Positions 1 to 11,254 of a stretch of 64,000 nt of DNA are shown here, one piece after another (the stretch's first letter is position 1; each line of letters opens with the position of its first letter). The notes under the pieces were generated by a model that made no database searches, was not told the DNA's origin, and saw only the letters and a program-made list of their open reading frames with translations. Made by a program: the position numbers and the translations under genes. The DNA lies in NCBI RefSeq assembly GCF_964213995.1, contig NC_135802.1, forward strand, positions 130,324,001 to 130,388,000. The letters run 5' to 3'. Source of the DNA: Mustelus asterias (Eukaryota).

Positions 1-87
1 TAGGTAGGCCTAAAAGGTAGGGATATGTTCGGCACAGCTTGTGGGGCCGAAGGGCCTGTTTTGTGCTGTAGCTTTTCTATGTTTCTG
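1..87 (+). mobile_element. 3' end of a CR1-type LINE, cut by the window edge
   Basis: GGGCCGAAGGGCCTGTT..TGTGCTGTA followed by TTTCTATGTTTCT tail; near-identical to ~57810-57899. Confidence 0.75.
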
Positions 88-324
88 TGTTTCTTGACAG
101 ATATGAGGAGGTGCATACTATGGGAGAGAGAGAGAGCAAAGAAGGAAGAAATGTTATAACTTTAAAAGGAGTGTGCAAGGAGACTTTGGGAGTCAGATAC
201 ACAAATCTTCAAAAGTGCCAGGGCTGTCAAGCTGTGAAATACAACATATGGGGATGGAAATTGGTTTGCAGTTAGTCGCTACCAAGTTGACCGCTGCTCA
301 CTGGGGATTAAACGTTACTCGCAC

Positions 325-663
325 ATCATAGAATCCTACAGTGCAGAAAAGAAGCCATTCGGCCCATCGAGTCTGCACCAACCACAATCCCACCCAGGCC
401 CTATCCCCATATCCCTACATGTTTACCCACTAATCCCTCTAACCTATGCATCCCGGGACACTAAGGAGCAATTTAGAATGGCCAATCAACCTAGCCCGCA
501 CATCTTTGAACTGTGGGAGGAAACCGGAGCACCCAGAGGAAACCCACGCAGACATGGGGAGAATGTGAAACTCCACACAGACAGTGACCCGAGCCGGGAT
601 TCGAATCCAGGTCCCTGGAGCTGTGAAGCAGCAGTGCTAACCACTGTGCTACCATGCCGCCCC
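325..663 (-). mobile_element. HE1-like tRNA-derived V-SINE with CR1-type tail
   Basis: Minus strand GGGCGGCATGGTAGCACAGTGGTTAGCACTGCTGC head, B-box-like GGATTCGAATCC, core GTGTGGAGTTT..GGGTTTCCTC, GATTCTATGAT tail; over 20 similar copies in the window. Confidence 0.9.
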
Positions 664-964
664 GGGGAAACGTCCCCGGAATGTGCTGGAATACCATGAA
701 TTGACAAAACTCTGACAGCACACAGCCCAACTGGATTCCAAACACACAGGCCAAGATTATGAATTCAGCGAGATGGTGCCAGAATATTTGCAAATTAAAT
801 TACCACTCCATACATTGAAGAGGTGTTGTTTTTCAGTAAGATTCACTTAGGCAGAGTTGGTGGAAGCAGGTGATTTGTGGCAGTTTCTGAAGACAGTTAA
901 TGACGAGCGAGAACTAGGTAACTCAGGGGTAAACGTTGCATTGCCTCCGAGTGTGCAGTGTGAT

Positions 965-1200
965 CAGGAATGGAGGAGGCAGAGAGGGGAGGCCCCATGA
1001 GGAGAGTAGGAGGAGGCATGGAAGGCATGGAGAACAGAGGGAGGAAAATGTGGGGAGGCGAGAGGAAGGAGACTCAGGAGGAAGTGGGGAAAAGATAGGG
1101 AGAATGAATAGAGAGAGGGAGGAGGCACAAGAGGAGGTGCAGAAAGGGAGGATGGAGAGAAGAGGGAGGCATAGGAGAAAGAGGAGGAGGATTCCTGGAG
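965..1200. repeat. GA-rich low-complexity tract
   Basis: Almost exclusively purines on + strand. Confidence 0.8.
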
Positions 1201-1679
1201 TGTGTAAGTAGACAGATTGCGTGTGTGAGTGAATTGTGAAACTCTGCTTCTAAATCAACTTTCCCATTTGCAACATGAACCTACATTTGACCACTGCCAC
1301 ATTCTGCTCCTATTCCCCATACATTTCTCTCCCTCCAAACTGGCAATCACTTATCTTCCTACATAGGCCTCACTCTCTTTGATGGCCTGCTGCTCCAATG
1401 CGGGTTCCTTGAACTTCAGGATGTTTCTGCCCCTTTAAATGCTCAGCTCCCCTTCCAGTTCCACTAAAGCGAGACTAGAGTTGTGGGGCTGGACACAGGT
1501 GGGCTTTCTCTTGGCACCATAAATCCTGCCAGGAGCCCAGTGCGGACTATCAGTAATTCCAGACCAAGGGAAATAGATCAGTTGGGGCAGATTGAAGGGG
1601 TCAGAGGGAAAGCAGATGTTACAGGTCACTCAAACCACATCCTGAAGCGGAGAATCCATCTTAGAATGCCTTCCCAAAC

Positions 1680-2330
1680 AATAGCATTTATATAGCATCC
1701 TGAATGTGACAAAACAGCCCAAGGCGAGTAAAACAATATTTGGCACCAATTCGAATTAGGAAAGGCTTGGCCAAGAAAATAGATTTTAAGTTGCGCCTTA
1801 ACAGAGAAGAGCGAGAGGTAATTGAAATGACCCCTCAGAGGCTGGTGTCCCTTCATCAGATTCTCTTTATTTACAAACTCAGTTCCACTCCTAGAGTGTT
1901 TCAGGTACAAAGTCAGAATCCAGAGTGCCAGTAGCCCTAACACTCCTATATTTAGGTGAGGTTGATTGATCATGTGAGATTGACCCTAGTGTCAGGGAAT
2001 TATCAGGGTAAATATTTGAAGTTAAGGCAATTGGGCCTGGGTGGGATTGTGGTCGGTGCAGACTTGATGGGCTGAATGGCCTTCTTCTGCACTGTAGGGA
2101 CTCTATGATTTACGTACAGGTACGACTCCATGATTGGGCATGTAATTATGGCCTCAATCAGGGAGCTGATACTCCATGAGGCCAGCCTCATGGACCTCAT
2201 TGAAGTCATTACAGTAGCGAGTCAGATAGGTTTAGGAAGGGAATTATAGAATTTAGGATCTGTAACTAAAGGCATGGCCACAATCATGGAACAAAATCAA
2301 AAATCAGAGATACGCAAGAGTGTGTACGGA
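1680..2330 (-). mobile_element. old L2 LINE 3' end, interrupted (includes a partial HE1 SINE at ~1950-2110 on +)
   Basis: GCATTTATATAGC..AAGGCTTGGCCAAGAAAATAGATTTTAAG..GGTTTAGGAAGGGAATT pattern, similar to 63385-63700. Confidence 0.55.
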
Positions 2331-2999
2331 CAAAAGTGGTTAAGATAAACTTAGATTTTTTTTCAAAGGAAGGTGAATAAAAGCTGGAAGAAAAATTGAA
2401 AGGGTTTTGGCGAAAGGGCAAGGGAATGGAAGTGAGCGGATAGAAACTGTTGTCTTCCTTCAGTGATGTAGAGTTCTAAGATCCAGTGGGTCACATGAAA
2501 AATTGTGGATAAATCACATGCAGCATTAGCTGTTCATTTATATCACTTTGGTAGACAACATGGTAGTTTAAGATATTTTTGTGCATTTACGTCATCCCTT
2601 TCTTCTAAGTCTCTTTATGTTGGCCACCATTTCCTGCTGAGAGTGCAGAAAGGCAAGGCTGCTCCCTGTTGTCTTGTCAACCGAGTTGTGTAGCAGCTCG
2701 GAAATGTATGGGCATGTCTTGTGGCTAGATTTGTGATTCCCTCGTTTCCATGCCCTGCTTTTCTCTTTGTTGTTGGAAAGTTGCTGACCTCTGCCTTGTG
2801 TCATCCTCCCCATCATAGTTGGGATTGGGACCGCAGTAGCTGTTGAATTGAGGCTATAGCCAACAGCTTGTTACACTGAACTAACATATTCATAGTTCCA
2901 ACATGCTGTGACACAGAATATAGAGGCGAGTCTGAGGTTCGTTTCTGTAAACACTTTCAATCGTTTTCTTCAATTTCCTGAAGGTCCCAGTTCCTCATT

Positions 3000-3142
3000 A
3001 TGAAAACAGATTGTCTGGTCATTATCAGATTGTTGACTGTGGGATCTTGCTGTGTGCAAATTAGCCGCCAGATTTTCTAAACTATAGCAGTGACTACACT
3101 TCAGAAGTGCTTCATGGGATGCCATGAAAGGCGCTATAAAAA
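3000..3142 (+). mobile_element. Deu-domain SINE (SacSINE1/AmnSINE1-like) 3' fragment
   Basis: AAAACAGATTGTCTGGTCATTATC..GTGGGATCTTGCTGTGTGCAAATT..CAGTGACTACACTTCA..GAAAGGCGCTATAAA. Confidence 0.7.
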
Positions 3143-3199
3143 TTAATCTGAATTCAGCCCCTTGTTTCTGCACTGGCTCTGTGAATGAGAAATTAATGT

Positions 3200-3900
3200 A
3201 GTGCATTCCCTGGCCTTCTTCTCGTAACCCTGCACACTTCATCTTATCAGGTAATTCTCTTTTGAAAGTCTCAATTTAACCATCTCCACCACACTCTCAG
3301 GCAGTGCATTCCAGTCCCTAACCTCTTGCTGTATGACAAAGATTTTCTTCATTGCTTATTTTGCCAATTACTTTAAATCTGTGCCCTCTCATTCTCAATC
3401 CTTTTACAAGTGGGAACAGTGTCTCCCTATCTATTCTGTCCAGATCCCTTGTGATCTTGAACATCTATATCAAAGCTTCCCTCAACCTCCTCTTCTTTCA
3501 GGAAAACAGTTCCAACTTCTCCAATCTATCTTCAAAATCAAAGTTCCTCAATATTAGAACAATTCTCCTGAAACTTTTCTGCACTGTCTCCATTGCCTTC
3601 AAACCCTTCCTAAAGTGCGGTGCCCAGAACTGAATGCAATACCCCAACTAATGTCCATTAGCTACTACTGGTTTCCTGGCACTCAGCCAATCTCATATCC
3701 ATGTTGCTACTTTCTCTTTTATTCTTATGAACTATAATTTTGTCCATGGTCTTGTGTGCACCAATACTTTTTGGAGTCCATGTTTACCACATGAACATCA
3801 TCGCCCTCAGAAACCCACTCTCTAACCTCTTCAAAAAACTGCATTTTCATTTAAAGCCATAACAAATCCATCTTGGCTTTCCTCAATTAAACTGTATTTG
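3200..3900 (-). mobile_element. degraded CR1 LINE RT fragment
   Basis: Reverse complement resembles CR1 ORF2 C-terminus (CAGTTCTGGGCACCGCAC = QFWAPH); many stops. Confidence 0.7.
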
Positions 3901-3906
3901 TCCACT

Positions 3907-4790
3907 AAAGAACAAAGAACAGTACAGCACAGGAAACAGGCCCTTCGGCCCTCCAAGCCTGTGCCACTCCTTGGTCCAACTAGACCATTTGTTTGTATCC
4001 CTCCATTCCCAGACTGCTCATGTGACTATCCAGGTAAGTCTTAAACGATGCCAGCGTGCCTGCCTCCACCACCCTACTCGGCAGCGCATTCCAGGCCCCC
4101 ACCACTCTCTGTGTAAAAAACGTCCCTCTGATATCTGAGTTATACCTTGCCCCTCTCACCTTGAGCCCGTGACCCCTCGTGATCGTCACCTCTGACCTGG
4201 GAAAAAGCTTCCCACTGTTCACCCTCTCTATACCCTTCATAATTTTGTACACCTCTATTAGGTCTCCCCTCATTCTCCGTCTTTCCAGGGAGAACAAGCC
4301 CAGTTTACCCAATCTCTCCTCATAGCTAAGAACTTCCACACCAGGCAACATCCTGGTAAACCTTCTCTGCACTCTCTCTAAAGCCTCCACGTCCTTCTGG
4401 TAGTGCGGCGACCAGAACTGGACGCAGTACTCCAAATGTGGCCTAACCAGCGTTCTATACAGCTGCAACATCAGACTCCAGCTTTTATACTCTATACCCC
4501 ATCCTATAAAGGCAAACATACCATATGCCTTCTTCACCACCTTCTCCACCTGTGCTGCCACCTTCAAGGATTTGTGGACTTGCACACCTAGGTCCTTCTT
4601 GGTGGCTCTGCCATTTATTGTATAACTCCTCCCTACATTAGTTCTTCCAAAATGCATCACTTCGCATTTATCCGGATTAAATTCCATCTGCCATTTCTCC
4701 GCCCAATTTTCCAGCCTATCTATGTCCTTCTGTATTGTCCGACAATATTCATCGCTATCCACAAGTCCAGCCATCTTCGTGTCATCCGCT
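3907..4790 (-). mobile_element. 5'-truncated CR1 LINE (RT C-terminus and 3' UTR)
   Basis: ORF 3980-4774: WQMEFNPDKCEVMHFG, LYRTLVRPHLEYCVQFWSP, RRMRGDLIEVYKIM; ADDTK at the 5' edge; TTCTTTGTTCTTT tail. Confidence 0.95.
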
Positions 4791-4834
4791 ATTTGACTAT
4801 TAATCTTGTCTTGAGTTGTTGTCCAAAGTTCTAA

Positions 4835-5715
4835 TCTGTTTCACACTCCTCCCGGTCCCTTCACAGTGATGCTGACCTGTTTCATAAACTTTCAGTCCTT
4901 TCACCGAGATGCTGACTTGCTTCACACTCCTCCCGGTCTGCTTCACACTCCCCCTGGTCGGTTTCACACTCCTCCTGGTCTGTTTCACACTCCCCCTGGT
5001 CTGTTTCACACTCCTCCTGGTCTGCTTCACACTCCCCCTGGTCGGTTTCACACTCCTCCTGGTCTGTTTCACACTCCTCCTGGTCTGCTTCACACTCCCC
5101 CTGGTCGGTTTCACACTCCTCCTGGTCTGCTTCACACTCCCCCTGGTCTGTTTCACACTCCCCCTGGTCTGTTTCACACTCCCCCTGGTCTGTTTCACAC
5201 TCCCCCTGGTCTGTTTCACACTCCCCCTGGTCTGCTTCACACTCCCCCTGGTCTGTTTAACACTCCTCCTGGTCTGTTTAACACTCCTCCTGGTCTGTTT
5301 CACACTCCTCCTGGTCTGTTTCACACTCCCCCTGGTCGGTTTAACACTCCTCCTGGTCTGTTTAACACTCCTCCTGGTCTGTTTCACACTCCTCCTGGTC
5401 TGCTTCACACTCCCCCTGGTCGGTTTCACACTCCCCCTGGTCTGCTTCACACTCCTCCTGGTCTGTTTCACACTCCTCCTGGTCTGTTTCACACTCCTCC
5501 CGGTCTGTTTCACACTCCCCCTGGTCTGCTTCACACTCCTCCTGGTCTGTTTCACACTCCTCCCGGTCTGCTTCACACTCCCCCTGGTCTGTTTCACACT
5601 CCTCCTGGTCTGTTTCACACTCCTCCCGGTCTGCTTCACACTCCTCCCTGGTCTGCTTCACACTCCTCCCCTGGTCTGCTTCACATTGAAATCATCATGC
5701 TTCACACTCCTCAGG
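4835..5715. repeat. 21-bp minisatellite (TTTCACACTCC[T/C]CCTGGTCTG)n, roughly 35-40 units
   Basis: Direct tandem repetition; explains the periodic ORFs HTPPGLF / RSVKQTR / CFTLPLV. Confidence 0.97.
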
Positions 5716-6379
5716 TTGTTTTTTGTTTTTCTTGCTAGTTTGCATTCCCAATGGTAGTTGAAAAATCCACTGCTTTAATCAATCAGCTGTTGTTGCATTA
5801 TGCACCTAGACAGGGAATGCCAACATACTAATAAACTGGGAGGATATCACTGCTCATGCGATTCCCATTCTCACCAATACCACATGTTCCACTGGGGCCT
5901 GACCTGACAGCAGTGATCATAAAGTATTTAGCCTAAATGTCTGTTTTTAAAGCAATGAAAGCGGTGATTTCTTTTGAATGAGGTCAACGATATAGGCCGC
6001 AATTTTTAAAAATTTATTGTTCAATTTATTATCCAAATTATTGATTATATTTGGCAAATAACAAATGGGACAATCATCTATTATACCAGGGCCGATAAAT
6101 TATGTCATTGATTCAGCCACATGGCTTGCCTGAAGTCTCCTAAAACTCCCTTAGTGTCCCGAGATTCTCAATCTCATTATACTCATAATATATGTCATGG
6201 GGCCCAGGTTAAATTACCAGCAACCTAAGAAGAGATTGAAGTGGGATATGAGATGTAAAGTTAGTTCTACATACTATTAGTAATTAATAACCTGTTTCAT
6301 GGACTGGGAGAATTTCAAGTCTATTACACACTGGGAGTGTAAAATACATTACCAATTTTTCACTTTTTATTCGTTCCTT

Positions 6380-6505
6380 CCATTCTGATGATGTAGCCGT
6401 ATCCAAAATATCATAAGCCATCGTTTCACTTTACAAAATACTGACTGACCTGCTGCTTAACTCAAACATATTTTATTTTCCAGCATTTGCAATTTTTTTT
6501 GTTCC
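6380..6505 (+). mobile_element. old Penelope-like terminal-repeat fragment
   Basis: TTCTGATGA..GACTGACCTGCTG..TTTCCAGCATTTGCAATTTTT; same layout as 45672-45772. Confidence 0.4.
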
Positions 6506-6599
6506 TTGCTACTTAAGCCAATAACATCATTGTAATTAAATTGTTTAACTTTTAGGAAGAGTTATATTATTCCTAATCAATAGTTACACTGGAATTTTG

Positions 6600-6760
6600 A
6601 ACTCCCGAATGGTTCAGTAACATAATCCATTGAGTAGCTGAACCATATGAACTAGCAAGGCCCTGGTTTGATCCATGGGGTCGGCTGAGTGAGCTGCCCT
6701 CAGCTCCAGTAGCTCCTATAATTGATTTTAGCACATCTAGATTAACGAAGGGCTAACAGA
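6600..6760 (+). mobile_element. ancient tRNA-derived SINE-like fragment (related 3' part probably at ~7535-7735)
   Basis: B-box-like GGTTTGATCC then GCTGAGTGAGCTGCCCTCAGC; family not named. Confidence 0.35.
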
Positions 6761-6824
6761 AAGCAAACTGGTTTCAGGAGCATGTATTGTGGCTGATATT
6801 TCGCCACATGCCAAGATACCAACC

Positions 6825-6912
6825 TGGAATAAAGACAGAAGAAGCAGGGAATCCTCAGGCAGCTTTGGCAGAACCTGTAACGTTTCAGATGGATGACCTA
6901 TCATCAGAACAA
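6825..6912 (-). mobile_element. Penelope-like fragment with a degenerate hammerhead core
   Basis: Minus strand GTTCTGATGATAGGTCATCCATCTGAAACGTTAC (CUGAUGA..GAAA). Confidence 0.5.
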
Positions 6913-7739
6913 ATAGAGCTTGACTCCATTCAGGGAGAAGTCTGGGAAGGGCTGGCCAAGGTGTTTTTGGTTCTGGAATGGGGACTAGCTTTGTCAAATT
7001 GGCCCATTGTCTGAGCTTAAATTAACTTTTGTTATTCGGAGTGTTTCAGACCACAATTGTTCTATAACCACAATACTTGAAGGCTAGCCTTTGAATCCTG
7101 TCCGAGTGTCCAATGAAAAGCATTGGAAGGAGACGAGGATTGTTGTAGGTTATGCTACTGGGGTGGGGGAGGGGGGTGGTGGTGGAGGAGAGGGGGAGGT
7201 GGCAGATTACTGGCTGGTGCACCTAGGGCCCAGCAGCAGGCCTCATAGGCGAGCTGAAACTCCACCCCCCCCCCCCCCCCCCCCCCCCACCTCCACCCCC
7301 AATTTCTCACCCATTTTACACTTAGAATTTATTGAGAAAATTCCGCCCATCATCTTTCTTTTATCATTGCAGGGCCAAAACCCTGCAACTCACAACTCAT
7401 AAATTTCAGTGTACCTAAACCACAAGCACTTCAGCAAGTGTTTCAAGAGTGGCTCACCACTGTCTTCTCAAGACAATGAGGGGCGAGTAATAAAAATAGC
7501 CCTGCCACATCCTGAGAATGAATAATAGAAAGCTGTACAGCAGTTAGGGTGCTGCTATTAGTTTTAAAACCTCCAGCAGTGGAAATAAATGCTTGGGTTC
7601 CCACTGTTGCTTACTATTCACTAACTGAAGCTGTGCGTGGATTGGGTTCATATGTGCTACCCTTCATTGCTAACTAACTTCTGGTACACACTGTCTCAGC
7701 TCACATACGACAAATGCTCACTTGGCTGAGGTTTGCATG

Positions 7740-8895
7740 CGTGGGGGGGTGGTGGTGGGGCGTGTGAGTGCTAGTGTGTGTGTAGGTGGGGATGCGAGTC
7801 GGGGTAAAGTGTGTGTTTGCGTGTGTGGGGGGGGGGTGGTGTGTGTGTGTGTAGATGGGGTTGCGGGGCGGGGTGAGGTGTATGTTTGTGTGTGTGTGAG
7901 GTGGTCTATTGTTTGTGTGTGCGGTGTGTTGTGTATGTGTGTGTGTGTGTGTGTATAAATGGGGGTGTGGATGGGGGTGAGCTGTATGTTTGTGTGTGTA
8001 AGTGTGGTGGTCTATTGTCTGTGTGTGTGTATGTGGTGGTGTGTTGTGTGTGTGTTATTAGAATCATAGAATCCCTACAATACAGAAGGAGGCCATCCGG
8101 CCCATCGAGCCTTCACCGACAACAGTCCCACTCAGGCCCTATCCCCGTAACCCCACATATTTACCCTCTTGGTCCCCCTGATAAAAAGGGCAATTTAGCA
8201 TGGTCAATCCACCTAACCTGCACAGCTTTGGAGTGTGGGAGGAAACTGGAGCACCTGGAGGAAACTCACGCAGACACGGGGAGAATGTGCAAACTCCACA
8301 CAGACAGTGACTCAAAGCTGGAATTGAACCCGGGTTGCTGGTGCTGAGAGGCAGCAGTGTTAATTACTGCGCCACGCGTGTGTGTGTAGATGGGGGTGCA
8401 GGACGGGGGGGGGGGGGGGGGGTGGGGGAGGTGTGTGTGTACGGTGTGTGTGTGTGAGGCAGGGAGGGGTGAGGTGAGGAGGGTGTGTGGGGGTGTGTGA
8501 GGGTGGGAGGGGTGGATGGGGGGGTGTGTGAGTGTGTGTGTGTGATTGGTGGGAGTGGGTGATGTGCGTGTGGAGGGGTGTGTGTGCGTGTGAGTGGTGG
8601 GAGTGGGTGATGTGCGTACGGAGGGTGGGGCGGAGTGTGTGCGTGTGTGTGTGTGTGTGATTGGTGGGAGTGGGTGATGTGCGTGTGGAGGGGTGTGTGT
8701 GTGTGTGTGAGTGGTGGGAGTGGGTGGTGTGCATGTGGAGGGTGGGGCGGAGTGTGAGCGTGTGTGAGTGGTGGGAGTGGGTGGTGTGCATGTGGAGGGT
8801 GGGGCAGAGTGTGGGTGAGGGAAGTGTGTGGGGGTGTGTGAGGGTGGGAGTGGGGGATGTGCGTGTGGAGGGTGGGGTGGAGTGTGGGTGAGGGG
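7740..8895. repeat. (GT)n/G-rich simple and compound repeats flanking a SINE
   Basis: TG dinucleotide runs and repeated GTGTGAGTGGTGGGAGTGGGTG units. Confidence 0.9.
8059..8375 (-). mobile_element. HE1-like SINE
   Basis: Same core and CR1-type tail as 325-663. Confidence 0.9.
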
Positions 8896-9977
8896 GGCGT
8901 TCTCTGAGTTAGCCTGGATTTGTCAGACTGTCAGTATTCTTCTGAAAAGAGAATGCTTTTGGAAAATATTACAACAGCTCCCCCCACACTTCAAAGGTGG
9001 AACATTGCTATAAATGTCTCCATGTGCACAGTTCACAGAAGGGTTAAGTTATGGTTCATTCTGTACAGGCTGACGTGATGTAGTGATGGTGACATGAGTG
9101 TGAGTATGCTGCCTACTTGTGGTACTGGGCCAGAAGCCATCTTTTTCTTTAACTTTCCCATTATTCCCACAGGAAAGTAAAAGCATGAAGTCTTGATACA
9201 ACATCTGAGGAACAAAGGGATGATGGCAATGAATAAGAAGCAACGGTGTGGGACAGGATGTACTGTGCGTTTTAGGAGTGTGCTAAGTGGGTGTTCAATA
9301 AAGTATTTGTGTAACAGTCGGGAATATTATTCTGTGACTCACAGTAGAGAATGGACAGTGCTGATGGTGTCAAAGCTTGTTTCCTCAGGGAGGTTTATTT
9401 TATTTGCAGATTACGATCCCATCAGTTGTCGATTCACTAGTTACATCTGTATCACGGAATGAAAGTTGGGTTAATGTATCTGGTTCAGACTGGGAGCTTA
9501 CAATACAGCCTCTTCCTCTTCCAGTTTTATTGCTTTTACTGCAGTGAGCCTAGACAGGAGATTAAAGGCAAAACAATTTCCGTTTCATGTGGGATTAGTA
9601 ATTTTCTTTTATTTCAATGTTTATTGATTTAATCAGTTCAATGGGACAGACATTTTATTGGCTTTAATGCTTTCTCAGATGTAAATTCATGTTTCGAATT
9701 ACAAATAAATGGTTTTGAGAAAGGAGGGAAATGCTTAAGTTACCTCACAAAATGTGCAGTGGTGTTAACTGCATGAATGAGCTGGATTATACAAATGTGC
9801 AGAGTGGATTCTGGTTTTACTCTTCAGCGAGTATAGTGCCCTGGCTTGCAGTTGCTGTCCCGGCCACTCACATCAGTCACACACCTCATACAAGGAACAT
9901 ACAACGGTGTTTTCCACTGGCAAAGTGCCTTGTAAGACCAGGCTGACCCATCCTCATTCCCGCATGGGAAACACCTT

Positions 9978-10124
9978 GGGCTGAATTCTCTGACCTTGCC
10001 CGCAGCTGGGATTTTCCCATCCCGTTGCAGTGAATGAGGATTGGGCACATGGTCCACCATGTGCCCAATCCTCCAACTTTGCTGCAGCGGGAGCGTGGCA
10101 CAAATGACTGGTAAGTTCACGCCC
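9978..10124. mobile_element. short Harbinger-like MITE with internal perfect hairpin
   Basis: Ends GGGCTGAATTCTC / GGTAAGTTCACGCCC; related short copy at 44978-45108. Confidence 0.55.
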
Positions 10125-10696
10125 TTGGCTTCACAACTGGGAATGATCCCTGTGCTGAAATGTGTAAGCATGATGCCCATCCAATATTAGACTTCAGGCC
10201 ACATTCTAAACAAGAGGCTAGCCTGCTGCCAGTGCCCGTTGGGCAATCCCAAACAGCTCGCTGGCAAGGAGGATGTGAATTTCTGCCTGCTGCTTTGCTC
10301 CCACCAGTCCTGGTTGATCTTGGGAGAGAGGAGACTGATTAGAAGGGAGAAAGTGTCTGGGCAAAGGGAGGGCAAAAGCAAATACGAAAGGGAGGTGGCC
10401 AGAACTGTGTGAAGGAGGAGGGAAGGGAGGAGGGTGATCGAGAGTGTGAGGGAGCAACAGTTGGGAAGAAGCATTGGTGATCAAGAGAGGGAGGAGACGG
10501 TGGAGGCAGGGAGGGGACAGCACTAATCAGGACAAGATATATTAGTTGAGTGGACTGTCTGAGTGAGATTGCTAATCGCCGATTTAGGAGAAATTTGAGA
10601 ATAAACCCAGTTCAAATAGAACCCTCCCTGGTAGTAGATAGAGGAGATTGTCATCCCATCAGTTTGTGCTGGATTTGAACTCAAGCCAATAAAAAC

Positions 10697-11000
10697 TTAA
10701 AAGATTATTTATTAGTCACAAGTAGGCTTACATTAACACTACAATGAAGTTACTGTGAAAATCCCCTAATCGCCACACTCCACCACTTGTTCGGGTACAC
10801 TCAGAGAGAATTTAGCATGGCCAAAGCACCTAATCAGCACCTCTTTTGGACCATGGGAGGAAACTGGAGCACATGGAGGAAACCCACCCAGACGCAGGGA
10901 GAACATGCAGACTCCACACAGACAGTGACCCAAGCTGGGAATTAAACCCGGGTCCCTGGCGCTGTGAGGCAGCAGTGCTAATCATTGTGCCACCATGCCA
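10697..11000 (-). mobile_element. HE1-like SINE, alternative tail subtype
   Basis: HE1 head and core, but tail GGGATTTTCACAGTAACTTCATTG..GTAAGCCTACTTGTGACTAATAAAT. Confidence 0.88.
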
Positions 11001-11254
11001 CCTCACCTGTTGGACTATCCGTTTCCCAGTTTGATTCATTTTAAACTGAAATGAAATATTTTGCGTTTAATGGCCAGGAATTTGATATCTGCCCTAGAGT
11101 ATAGATTAACTCTGGTGAAAAACAGTTCTTAACCTTACGGAGTGATTATCATATTCTAATTATTTGTACTTTAATCCAGTATTTAGCATTGGAAGACTGA
11201 GGAAAGGAAGGATAGACAATGTCAAGAGAGGCTTGTCTGTTGAGGTGAACAACA

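Noticed and set aside
478-793. Recurrent small ORFs such as HGSTVVSTAASQLQGPGFDSRLGSLSVWS, and tRNA-like A/B boxes
   Set aside because: HE1 SINE sequence; not genes, and no complete tRNA cloverleaf
851-935. Frame reading ELVEAGDLWQFLK, reminiscent of kinase subdomain V
   Set aside because: Very short, in-frame stop just upstream, and no other kinase exons found in the window
4800-5757. Long ORFs of 279-290 aa; also considered as a CRISPR-like array
   Set aside because: Products of a 21-bp tandem repeat with no unique spacers; eukaryotic context
6775-7014. Apparent exon (TTTCAG..AAG/GT) encoding EHVLWLIFRHMPRY..
   Set aside because: Its middle is a reverse-strand Penelope-like fragment; no recognisable protein
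7722-8891. Cys/Val- and His/Thr-rich ORFs
   Set aside because: Translations of (GT)n repeats and a SINE
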